NCBI GenBank assembly: GCA_964016885.1
Contig: OZ024742.1
Span: 10,912,001-10,976,000, forward strand
Direction of reading: 5' to 3'
Source of the DNA: Eledone cirrhosa
Taxonomy: Eukaryota
Length of the DNA stretch: 64,000 nt
In this document: positions 29,001 through 41,700 of the stretch, one piece after another
Layout of the letters: the number at the start of each line of letters is the position of its first letter
Numbering within the stretch: position 1 is the stretch's first letter
Notes under the pieces: model-generated
Database searches by the model: none
The model's input: only the letters and a program-made list of their open reading frames with translations
What the model was told of the DNA's origin: nothing
Position numbers and translations under genes: made by a program

Positions 29001-31086
29001 GCTACAGAGGAGTACTATCAGGTTGTAACAAGTTCTATTGGTATGACAGTTCTACAGAGGAGTACTATCAGGTTGTAAGAGTTTCTGTTGGTATGACAGT
29101 GCTACAGAGGAGTACTATCAGGTTGTAACAAGTTCGATTGGTATGACAGTTCTACAGAGGAGTACTATCAGGTTGTAACAGTTTCTATTGGTATGACAGT
29201 GCTACAGAGGAGTACTATCAGGTTGTAACAGGTTCTATTGGTATGACAGTGCTACAGATGAGTACTATCAGATTGTAACAGGTTCTATTGGTATGACAGT
29301 GGTACAGAGGAGTACTATCAGGTTGTAACAGGTTCTATTGGTATGACAGTGCTACAGAGGAGTACTATCAGGTTGTAACAGGTTCTATTGGTATGACAGT
29401 GCTACAGAGGAGTACTATCAGGTTGTAACAGGTTCTATTGGTATGACAGTGCTACAGAGGAGTGCTATCAGGTTGTAACTGTTTCTATTGGTATGACAGT
29501 GCTACAGAGGAGTACTATCAGGTTGTAACAAGTTCTATTGGTATAACAGTTCTACAGAGAAGTACTATCAGTTTGTAACAGTCTATTTGTATGACAGTGC
29601 TACAGCGGAGTACTATCTGGTTGTAACAGGTTCTATTGGCATGACAGTGCTACAGAGGAGTACTATCAGGTTGTAACAGTTTCTATTGGTATGACAGTGC
29701 TACAGAGGAGTACTATCTGGTTGTAACAGGTTCTATTGGTATGACAGTTCTACAGAGGAGTACTATCAGGTTGTAACATTTTCTAATGGTATAACATTGC
29801 TACAGAGGAGTACTATCAGGTTGTAACAATTTCTATTAGTATGACAGTGCTACAGAGGAGTACTATCAGGTTGTAACAGGTTCTATTGGTATGACAGTGC
29901 TAAAGAGGAGTACTATCAGCTTGTAACAGGTTCTATTGGTATGACAGTGCTACAGAGGTGTACTATCAGGTTGTAACAAGTTCTATTGGTATGACAGTGC
30001 TACAGAGGAGTACTATCAGTTTGTAAAAAGTTCTATTGGTATGACAGTGCTACAGAGGAGTACTATCAGGTTGTAACAAGTTATATTGGTATGACAGTTC
30101 TACATAGGAGTACTATCAGGTTGTAACAGGTTCTATTGGTATGACAGTGCTACAGAGGAGTATTATCAGGTTGTAACAAGTTCTATTGGTATGACAGTTC
30201 TACAGAGGAGTACTATCAGGTTGTAACAAGTTCTATTGGTATGACAGTTCTACAGAAGAGTACTATCAGGTTGTAACAGTTTCTAATGGTATGACAGTGC
30301 TACAGAGGAGTACTATCAGGTTGTAACAGTTTCTATTGGTATGACAGTGCTACAGAGGAGTACTATCAGGTTGTAACAGGTTCTATTGGTATGACAGTGC
30401 TACAGATGAGTACTATCAGTTTGTAACAAGTTCTATTGGTATGACAGTTCTACAGAGGAGAACTATCAGGTTGTAACAAGTTCTATTGGTATGACAGTTC
30501 TACAGAGGAGTACTATCAGTTTGTAACAGTTTCTAATGGTATGACAGTGCTACAGAGGAGTACTATCAGGTTGTAACAAGTTCTATTGGTATGACAGTGC
30601 TACAGAGGAGTACTATCAGGTTGTAACAGGTTCTATTGGTATGACAGTGCTACAGGGGAGTACTATCAGGTTGTAACAGGTTCTATTGGTATGACAGTGC
30701 TACAGAGGAGTACTATCTGGTTGTAACAGGTTCTATTGGTATGACAGTTCTACAGAGGAGTACTATCAGGTTGTAACAATTTATATTAGTATGACAGTGC
30801 TACAGAGGAGTACTGTCAGGTTGTAACAGGTTCTATTGGTATGACAGTGCTACAGAGGAGTACTATCAGGTTGTAACAGGTTCTATTGGTATGACAGTGC
30901 TACAGAGGAGTACTATCAGGTTGTAACAAGTTCTATTGGTATGACAGTGCTACAGAGGAGTACTATCAGGTTGTAAAAAGTTCTATTGGTATGACAGTGC
31001 TACAGAGGAGTACTATCAGGTTGTAACAAGTTATATTGGTATGACAGTTCTACAGAGGAGTACTATCAGATTGTAAGAGTTTCTGT

Positions 31087-31165
31087 TAGTACTCCTCTGT
31101 AGCACTGTCATACCAATAGAACTTGTTACAACCTGATAGTACTCCTCTGTAGCACTGTCATACCA
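31087..31165 (-). repeat. 79-bp inversion in satellite, copy 2
   Basis: Same junctions and same flanking variant monomer (CAGATTGTAAGAGTTTCTGT) as 22947. Confidence 0.96.
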
Positions 31166-34100
31166 TCAGGTTGTAACAAGTTCTATTGGTATGACAGTTC
31201 TACAGAGGAGTACTACCAGGTTGTAACAGGTTCTATTGGTATGACAGTGCTACAGAGGAGTACTATCAGGTTGTAACAAGTTCTATTGGTATGACAGTGC
31301 TACAGAGGAGTACTATCAGGTTGTAACAGGTTCTATTGGTATGACAGTGCTACAGAGGAGTACTATCAGGTTGTAACAAGTTCTATTGGTATGACAGTGC
31401 TACAGAGGAGTACTATCAGGTTGTAAAAAGTTCTATTGGTATGACAGTGCTACAGAGGAGTACTATCAGGTTGTAACAGGTTCTATTGGTATGACAGTGC
31501 TACAGAGGAGTACTATCAGGTTGTAACAGGTTCTATTGGTATGACAGTGCTACAGAGGAGTATTATCAGGTTGTAACAAGTTCTATTGGTATGACAGTTG
31601 TACAGAGGAGTACTATCAGGTTGTAACAAGTTCTATTGGTATGACAGTTCTACAGAGGAGTACTATCAGGTTGTAACAGTTTCTAATGGTATGACAGTGC
31701 TACAGAGGAGTACTATCAGGTTGTAACAGTTTCTATTGGTATGACAGTGCTACAGAGGAGTACTATCAGGTTGTAACAGGTTCTATTGGTATGACAGTGC
31801 TACAGATGAGTACTATCAGTTTGTAACAAGTTCTATTGGTATGACAGTTCTACAGAGGAGTACTATCAGGTTGTAACAAGTTCTATTGGTATGACAGTTC
31901 TACAGAGGAGTACTATCAGGTTGTAACAGTTTCTAATGGTATGACAGTGCTACAGAGGAGTACTATCAGGTTGTAACAGTTTCTATTGGTATGACAGTGC
32001 TACAGATGAGTACTATCAGGTTGTAACAGGTTCTATTGGTATGACAGTGCTACAGAGGAGTACTATCAGGTTGTAACAAGTTCTATTGGTATGACAGTTC
32101 TAAAGAGGAGTACTATCAGGTTGTAACAAGTTCTATTGGTATGACAGTTCTACAGAGGAGTACTATCAGGTTGTAACAGTTTCTATTGCTATGACAGTGC
32201 TACAGAGGAGTACTATCAGGTTGTAACAAGTTCTATTGGTATAACAGTTCTACAGAGGAGTACTATCAGTTTGTAACAGTCTATTTGTATGACAGTGCTA
32301 CAAAGGAGTACTATCTGGTTGTAACAGGTTCTATTGGCATGACAGTGCTACAGAGGAGTACTATCAGGTTGTAACAGTTTCTATTGATATGACAGTGCTA
32401 CAGAGGAGTACTAGCAGGTTGTAACAGTTTCTATTGGTATGACAGTGCTACAGGGGAGTACTATCAGGTTGTAACAGGTTCTATTGGTATAACAGTGCTA
32501 CAGAGGAGTACTATCAGGTTGTAACAATTTCTATTAGTATGACAGTGCTACAGAGGTGTACTATCAGGTTGTAACAGGTTCTATTGGTATGACAGTGCTA
32601 CAGAGGAGTACTATCAGGTTGTAACAGGTTCTATTGGTATGACAGTGCTACAGAGGAGTACTATCAGGTTGTAACAAGTTCTATTGGTATGACAGTGCTA
32701 CAGAGGAGTACTATCAGGTTGTAAAAAGTTCTATTGGTATGACAGAGCTACAGAGGAGTACTATCAGGTTGTAACAAGTTATATTGGTATGACAGTTCTA
32801 CAGAGGAGTACTATCAGGTTGTAACAGTTTCTATTGGTATGACAGTGCTACAGAGGAGTACTATCAGGTTGTAACAGGTTCTATTGGTATGACAGTGCTA
32901 CAGATGAGTACTATCAGTTTGTAACAAGTTCTATTGGTATGACAGTTCTACAGAGGAGTACTATCAGGTTGTAACAAGTTCTATTGGTATGACAGTTCTA
33001 CAGAGGAGTACTATCAGGTTGTAACAGTTTCTAATGGTATGACAGTGCTACAGAGGAGTACTATCAGGTTGTAACAGTTTCTATTGGTATGACAGTGCTA
33101 CAGAGGAGTACTATCAGGTTGTAACAGGTTCTATTGGTATGACAGTGCTACAGGGGAGTACTATCAGGTTGTAACAGGTTCTATTGGTATGACAGTGCTA
33201 CAGAGGAGTACTATCAGGTTGTAACAAGTTCTATTGGTATGACAGTTCTAAAGAGGAGTACTATCAGGTTGTAACAAGTTCTATTGGTATGACAGTTCTA
33301 CAGAGGAGTACTATCAGGTTGTAACAAGTTCTATTGGTATGACAGTTCTACAGAGGAGTACTATCAGGTTGTAACAATTTCTATTGGTATGACAGTGCTA
33401 CAGAGGAGTACTATCAGGCTGTAACAAGTTCTATTGGTATGACAGTTCTACAGAGGAGTACTATCAGGTTGTAAGAGTTTCTGTTGGTATGACAGTGCTA
33501 CAGCGGAGTACTATCAGGTTGTAACAAGTTCTATTGGTATGACAGTTCTACAGAGGAGTACTATCAGGTTGTAACAGTTTCTATTGGTATGACAGTGCTA
33601 CAGAGGAGTACTATCAGGTTGTAACAGGTTCTATTGGTATGACAGTGGTACAGAGGAGTACTATCAGGTTGTAACAGGTTCTATTGGTATGACAGTGCTA
33701 CAGAGGAGTACTATCAGGTTGTAACAGTTTCTATTGGTATGACAGTGCTACAGAGGAGTACTATCAGGTTGTAACAGGTTCTATTGGTATGACAGTGCTA
33801 CAGAGGAGTACTATCAGGTTGTAACAGGTTCTATTGGTATGACAGTTCTACAGAGGAGTACTATCATGTTGTAACAGTTTCTAATGGTATGACAGTGCTA
33901 CAGAGGAGTACTAGCAGGTTGTAACAGTTTCTATTGGTATGACAGTGCTACAGAGGAGTACTATCAGGTTGTAACAAGTTCTATTGGTATGACAGTTCTA
34001 AAGAGGAGTACTATCAGGTTGTAACAAGTTCTATTGGTATGACAGTTCTACAGAGGAGTACTATCAGGTTGTAACAAGTTCTATTGGTATGACAGTTCTA

Positions 34101-37100
34101 CAGAGGAGTACTATCAGGTTGTAACAATTTCTATTAGTATGACAGTGCTACAGAGGGGTACTATCAGGTTGTTACAGGTTCTATTGGTATGACTGCTACA
34201 GAGGAGTACTATCAGGTTGTAACAGGTTCTATTGGTATGACAGTGCTACAGAGGAGTACTATCAGGTTGTAACAAGTTCTATTGGTATGACAGTGCTACA
34301 GAGGAGTACTATCAGGTTATAAAAAGTTCTATTGGTATGACAGTGCTACAGAGGAGTACTATCAGGTTGTAACAAGTTCTATTGGTATGACAGTTCTACA
34401 GATGAGTACTATCAGGTTGTAAGAGTTTCTGTTGGTATGACAGTGCTACAGAGGAGTACTATCAGGTTGTAACAAGTTCTATTGGTATGACAGTTCTACA
34501 GAGGAGTACTGTCAGGTTGTAACATTTTCTATTGGTATGACCGTGCTACAGAGGAGTACTATCAGGTTGTAACAGGTTCTATTGGTATGACAGTGGTACA
34601 GAGGAGTACTATCAGGTTGTAACAGGTTCTATTGGTATGACAGTGCTACAGAGGAGTACTATCAGGTTGTAACAGTTTCTATTGGTATGACAGTGCTACA
34701 GAGGAGTACTATCAGGTTGTAACAGGTTCTATTGGTATGACAGTGCTACAGAGGTGTAGTATCAGGTTGTAACAGTTCTACAGAGGAGTACTATCAGGTT
34801 GTAACACTTTCTAATGGTATGACAGTGCTACAGAGGAGTACTAGCAGGTTGTAACAGTTTCTATTGGTATGACAGTGCTACAGAGGAGTACTATCAGGTT
34901 GTAACAGGTTCTATTGGTATGACAGTGCTACAGATGAGTACTATCAGGTTGTAAAAGGTTCTATTGGTATGACAGTGGTACAGAGGAGTACTATCATGTT
35001 GTAACAGGTTCTATTGGTATGACAGTGCTACAGAGGAGTACTATCAGGTTGTAACAGGTTCTATTGGTATGACAGTGCTACAGAGGAGTACTATCAGGTT
35101 GTAAGAAGTTCTATTGATATGACAGTGCTACAGAGGAGTACTATCAGGTTGTAACAAATTCTATTGGTATGACAGTGCTACAGAGGAGTACTATCAGCTT
35201 GTAACAGGTTCTATTGATATGACAGTGCTACAGAGGAGTACTATCAGGTTGTAACAAGTTCTATTGGTATGACAGTGCTACAGAAGAGTACTATCAAGTT
35301 GTAACAGGTTCTATTGGTATGACAGTGCTACAGAGGAGTACTATCAGGTTGTAACAAGTTCTATTGATATGACAGTGTTACAGAGGAGTACTATCAGCTT
35401 GTAACAGGTTCTATTGGTATGACAGTCCTACAGATGAGTACTATCAGGTTCTATTGGTATGACAGTGGTATAGAAGAGTACTATCAGGTTGTAACAGGTT
35501 CTATTGGTATGACAGTGCTACAGAGGAATACTATCAGGTTATAACAGGTTCTATTGGTATGACAGTGCTACAGAGGAGTACTATCAGGTTGTAACAAGTT
35601 CTATTGATATGACAGTGCTACAGAGGAGTACTATCAGGTTGTAACAGGTTCTATTGGTATGACAGTGCTACAGAGGAGTACTATCAGGTTGTAACAGGTT
35701 CTATTGGTATGACAGTTCTACAGAGGAGTACTATCAGGTTGTAACAAGTTCTATTGGTATGACAGTGCTACAGAGGAGTACTATCAGGTTGTAACAGTTT
35801 CTATTGGTATGACAGTGCTACAGAGGAGTACTATCAAGTTGTAACAGGTTCTATTGGTATGACAGTGCTACAGAGGAGTACTATCAGTTTGTAACTGTTT
35901 CTATTGGTATGACAGTGCTACAGAGGAGTACTATCAGGTTGTAACAGGTTCTATTGGTATGACAGTGCTACAGAGGAGTACCATCAGGTTGTAACAAGTT
36001 CTATTGATATGACAGTGCTACAGAGGAGTACTATCAGGTTGTAACAGGTTCTATTGGTATGACAGTGCTACAGAGGAGTACTATCAGGTTGTAACAGGTT
36101 CTATTGGTATGACAGTTCTACAGAGGAGTACTATCAGGTTGTAACAAGTTCTATTGGTATGACAGTGCTACAGAGGAGTACTATCAGGTTGTAACAAGTT
36201 CTATTGGCATGACAGTGCTACAGAGGAGTACTATCAGGTTGTAACAGTTTCTATTGGTATGACAGTGCTACAGAGGAGTACTATCAGGTTGTAACAGTTT
36301 CTATTGGTATGACAGTGCTACAGAGGAGTACTATCAGATTGTAACAGTTTCTATTGGTATGACAGTGCTACAGAGGAGTACTATCAGGTTGTAACAGGTT
36401 CTATTGGTATGACAGTGCTACAGAGGAGTACCATCAGGTTGTAACAAGTTCTATTGATATGACAGTGCTACAGAGGAGTACTATCAGGTTGTAACAGGTT
36501 CTATTGGTATGACAGTTCTACAGAGGAGTACTATCAGGTTGTAACAGGTTCTATTGGTATGACAGTGCTACAGAGGAGTACTATCAGGTTGTAACAAGTT
36601 CTATTGGTATGACAGTGCTACAGAGGAGTACTATCAGGTTGTAACAAGTTCTATTGGCATGACAGTGCTACAGAGGAGTACTATCAGGTTGTAACAGGTT
36701 CTATTGGTATGACAGTGCTACAGAGGAGTACTATCAGGTTGTAACAGTTTCTATTGGTATGACAGTGCTACAGAGGAGTACTATCAGGTTGTAACAGGTT
36801 CTATTGGTATGACAGTGCTACAGATGAGTACTATCAGATTGTAACAGGTTCTATTGGTATGACAGTGGTACAGAGGAGTACTATCAGGTTGTAACAGGTT
36901 CTATTGGTATGACAGTGCTACAGAGGAGTACTATCAGGTTGTAACAGGTTCTATTGGTATGACAGTGCTACAGAGGAGTACTATCAGGTTGTAACAGGTT
37001 CTATTGGTATGACAGTGCTACAGAGGAGTGCTATCAGGTTGTAACTGTTTCTATTGGTATGACAGTGCTACAGAGGAGTACTATCAGGTTGTAACAAGTT

Positions 37101-38652
37101 CTATTGGTATAACAGTTCTACAGAGAAGTACTATCAGTTTGTAACAGTCTATTTGTATGACAGTGCTACAGCGGAGTACTATCTGGTTGTAACAGGTTCT
37201 ATTGGCATGACAGTGCTACAGAGGAGTACTATCAGGTTGTAACAGTTTCTATTGGTATGACAGTGCTACAGAGGAGTACTATCTGGTTGTAACAGGTTCT
37301 ATTGGTATGACAGTTCTACAGAGGAGTACTATCAGGTTGTAACATTTTCTAATGGTATAACATTGCTACAGAGGAGTACTATCAGGTTGTAACAATTTCT
37401 ATTAGTATGACAGTGCTACAGAGGAGTACTATCAGGTTGTAACAGGTTCTATTGGTATGACAGTGCTAAAGAGGAGTACTATCAGCTTGTAACAGGTTCT
37501 ATTGGTATGACAGTGCTACAGAGGTGTACTATCAGGTTGTAACAAGTTCTATTGGTATGACAGTGCTACAGAGGAGTACTATCAGTTTGTAAAAAGTTCT
37601 ATTGGTATGACAGTGCTACAGAGGAGTACTATCAGGTTGTAACAAGTTATATTGGTATGACAGTTCTACATAGGAGTACTATCAGGTTGTAACAGGTTCT
37701 ATTGGTATGACAGTGCTACAGAGGAGTATTATCAGGTTGTAACAAGTTCTATTGGTATGACAGTTCTACAGAGGAGTACTATCAGGTTGTAACAAGTTCT
37801 ATTGGTATGACAGTTCTACAGAAGAGTACTATCAGGTTGTAACAGTTTCTAATGGTATGACAGTGCTACAGAGGAGTACTATCAGGTTGTAACAGTTTCT
37901 ATTGGTATGACAGTGCTACAGAGGAGTACTATCAGGTTGTAACAGGTTCTATTGGTATGACAGTGCTACAGATGAGTACTATCAGTTTGTAACAAGTTCT
38001 ATTGGTATGACAGTTCTACAGAGGAGAACTATCAGGTTGTAACAAGTTCTATTGGTATGACAGTTCTACAGAGGAGTACTATCAGTTTGTAACAGTTTCT
38101 AATGGTATGACAGTGCTACAGAGGAGTACTATCAGGTTGTAACAAGTTCTATTGGTATGACAGTGCTACAGAGGAGTACTATCAGGTTGTAACAGGTTCT
38201 ATTGGTATGACAGTGCTACAGGGGAGTACTATCAGGTTGTAACAGGTTCTATTGGTATGACAGTGCTACAGAGGAGTACTATCTGGTTGTAACAGGTTCT
38301 ATTGGTATGACAGTTCTACAGAGGAGTACTATCAGGTTGTAACAATTTATATTAGTATGACAGAGCTACAGAGGAGTACTGTCAGGTTGTAACAGGTTCT
38401 ATTGGTATGACAGTGCTACAGAGGAGTACTATCAGGTTGTAACAGGTTCTATTGGTATGACAGTGCTACAGAGGAGTACTATCAGGTTGTAACAAGTTCT
38501 ATTGGTATGACAGTGCTACAGAGGAGTACTATCAGGTTGTAAAAAGTTCTATTGGTATGACAGTGCTACAGAGGAGTACTATCAGGTTGTAACAAGTTAT
38601 ATTGGTATGACAGTTCTACAGAGGAGTACTATCAGATTGTAAGAGTTTCTGT

Positions 38653-38731
38653 TAGTACTCCTCTGTAGCACTGTCATACCAATAGAACTTGTTACAACCT
38701 GATAGTACTCCTCTGTAGCACTGTCATACCA
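38653..38731 (-). repeat. 79-bp inversion in satellite, copy 3
   Basis: Identical to 31087-31165 and 7566 bp downstream, within a ~7.5-kb higher-order duplication. Confidence 0.96.
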
Positions 38732-41700
38732 TCAGGTTGTAACAAGTTCTATTGGTATGACAGTTCTACAGAGGAGTACTACCAGGTTGTAACAGGTTTT
38801 ATTGGTATGACAGTGCTACAGAGGAGTACTATCAGGTTGTAACAAGTTCTATTGGTATGACAGTGCTACAGAGGAGTACTATCAGGTTGTAAAAAGTTCT
38901 ATTGGTATGACAGTGCTACAGAGGAGTACTATCAGGTTGTAACAGGTTCTATTGGTATGACAGTGCTACAGAGGAGTACTATCAGGTTGTAACAGGTTCT
39001 ATTGGTATGACAGTGCTACAGAGGAGTATTATCAGGTTGTAACAAGTTCTATTGGTATGACAGTTGTACAGAGGAGTACTATCAGGTTGTAACAAGTTCT
39101 ATTGGTATGACAGTTCTACAGAGGAGTACTATCAGGTTGTAACAGTTTCTAATGGTATGACAGTGCTACAGAGGAGTACTATCAGGTTGTAACAGTTTCT
39201 ATTGGTATGACAGTGCTACAGAGGAGTACTATCAGGTTGTAACAGGTTCTATTGGTATGACAGTGCTACAGATGAGTACTATCAGTTTGTAACAAGTTCT
39301 ATTGGTATGACAGTTCTACAGAGGAGTACTATCAGGTTGTAACAAGTTCTATTGGTATGACAGTTCTACAGAGGAGTACTATCAGGTTGTAACAGTTTCT
39401 AATGGTATGACAGTGCTACAGAGGAGTACTATCAGGTTGTAACAGTTTCTATTGGTATGACAGTGCTACAGATGAGTACTATCAGGTTGTAACAGGTTCT
39501 ATTGGTATGACAGTGCTACAGAGGAGTACTATCAGGTTGTAACAAGTTCTATTGGTATGACAGTTCTAAAGAGGAGTACTATCAGGTTGTAACAAGTTCT
39601 ATTGGTATGACAGTTCTACAGAGGAGTACTATCAGGTTGTAACAGTTTCTATTGCTATGACAGTGCTACAGAGGAGTACTATCAGGTTGTAACAAGTTCT
39701 ATTGGTATAACAGTTCTACAGAGGAGTACTATCAGTTTGTAACAGTCTATTTGTATGACAGTGCTACAAAGGAGTACTATCTGGTTGTAACAGGTTCTAT
39801 TGGCATGACAGTGCTACAGAGGAGTACTATCAGGTTGTAACAGTTTCTATTGATATGACAGTGCTACAGAGGAGTACTAGCAGGTTGTAACAGTTTCTAT
39901 TGGTATGACAGTGCTACAGGGGAGTACTATCAGGTTGTAACAGGTTCTATTGGTATAACAGTGCTACAGAGGAGTACTATCAGGTTGTAACAATTTCTAT
40001 TAGTATGACAGTGCTACAGAGGTGTACTATCAGGTTGTAACAGGTTCTATTGGTATGACAGTGCTACAGAGGAGTACTATCAGGTTGTAACAGGTTCTAT
40101 TGGTATGACAGTGCTACAGAGGAGTACTATCAGGTTGTAACAAGTTCTATTGGTATGACAGTGCTACAGAGGAGTACTATCAGGTTGTAAAAAGTTCTAT
40201 TGGTATGACAGAGCTACAGAGGAGTACTATCAGGTTGTAACAAGTTATATTGGTATGACAGTTCTACAGAGGAGTACTATCAGGTTGTAACAGTTTCTAT
40301 TGGTATGACAGTGCTACAGAGGAGTACTATCAGGTTGTAACAGGTTCTATTGGTATGACAGTGCTACAGATGAGTACTATCAGTTTGTAACAAGTTCTAT
40401 TGGTATGACAGTTCTACAGAGGAGTACTATCAGGTTGTAACAAGTTCTATTGGTATGACAGTTCTACAGAGGAGTACTATCAGGTTGTAACAGTTTCTAA
40501 TGGTATGACAGTGCTACAGAGGAGTACTATCAGGTTGTAACAGTTTCTATTGGTATGACAGTGCTACAGAGGAGTACTATCAGGTTGTAACAGGTTCTAT
40601 TGGTATGACAGTGCTACAGGGGAGTACTATCAGGTTGTAACAGGTTCTATTGGTATGACAGTGCTACAGAGGAGTACTATCAGGTTGTAACAAGTTCTAT
40701 TGGTATGACAGTTCTAAAGAGGAGTACTATCAGGTTGTAACAAGTTCTATTGGTATGACAGTTCTACAGAGGAGTACTATCAGGTTGTAACAAGTTCTAT
40801 TGGTATGACAGTTCTACAGAGGAGTACTATCAGGTTGTAACAATTTCTATTGGTATGACAGTGCTACAGAGGAGTACTATCAGGCTGTAACAAGTTCTAT
40901 TGGTATGACAGTTCTACAGAGGAGTACTATCAGGTTGTAAGAGTTTCTGTTGGTATGACAGTGCTACAGCGGAGTACTATCAGGTTGTAACAAGTTCTAT
41001 TGGTATGACAGTTCTACAGAGGAGTACTATCAGGTTGTAACAGTTTCTATTGGTATGACAGTGCTACAGAGGAGTACTATCAGGTTGTAACAGGTTCTAT
41101 TGGTATGACAGTGGTACAGAGGAGTACTATCAGGTTGTAACAGGTTCTATTGGTATGACAGTGCTACAGAGGAGTACTATCAGGTTGTAACAGTTTCTAT
41201 TGGTATGACAGTGCTACAGAGGAGTACTATCAGGTTGTAACAGGTTCTATTGGTATGACAGTGCTACAGAGGAGTACTATCAGGTTGTAACAGGTTCTAT
41301 TGGTATGACAGTTCTACAGAGGAGTACTATCATGTTGTAACAGTTTCTAATGGTATGACAGTGCTACAGAGGAGTACTAGCAGGTTGTAACAGTTTCTAT
41401 TGGTATGACAGTGCTACAGAGGAGTACTATCAGGTTGTAACAAGTTCTATTGGTATGACAGTTCTAAAGAGGAGTACTATCAGGTTGTAACAAGTTCTAT
41501 TGGTATGACAGTTCTACAGAGGAGTACTATCAGGTTGTAACAAGTTCTATTGGTATGACAGTTCTACAGAGGAGTACTATCAGGTTGTAACAATTTCTAT
41601 TAGTATGACAGTGCTACAGAGGGGTACTATCAGGTTGTTACAGGTTCTATTGGTATGACTGCTACAGAGGAGTACTATCAGGTTGTAACAGGTTCTATTG

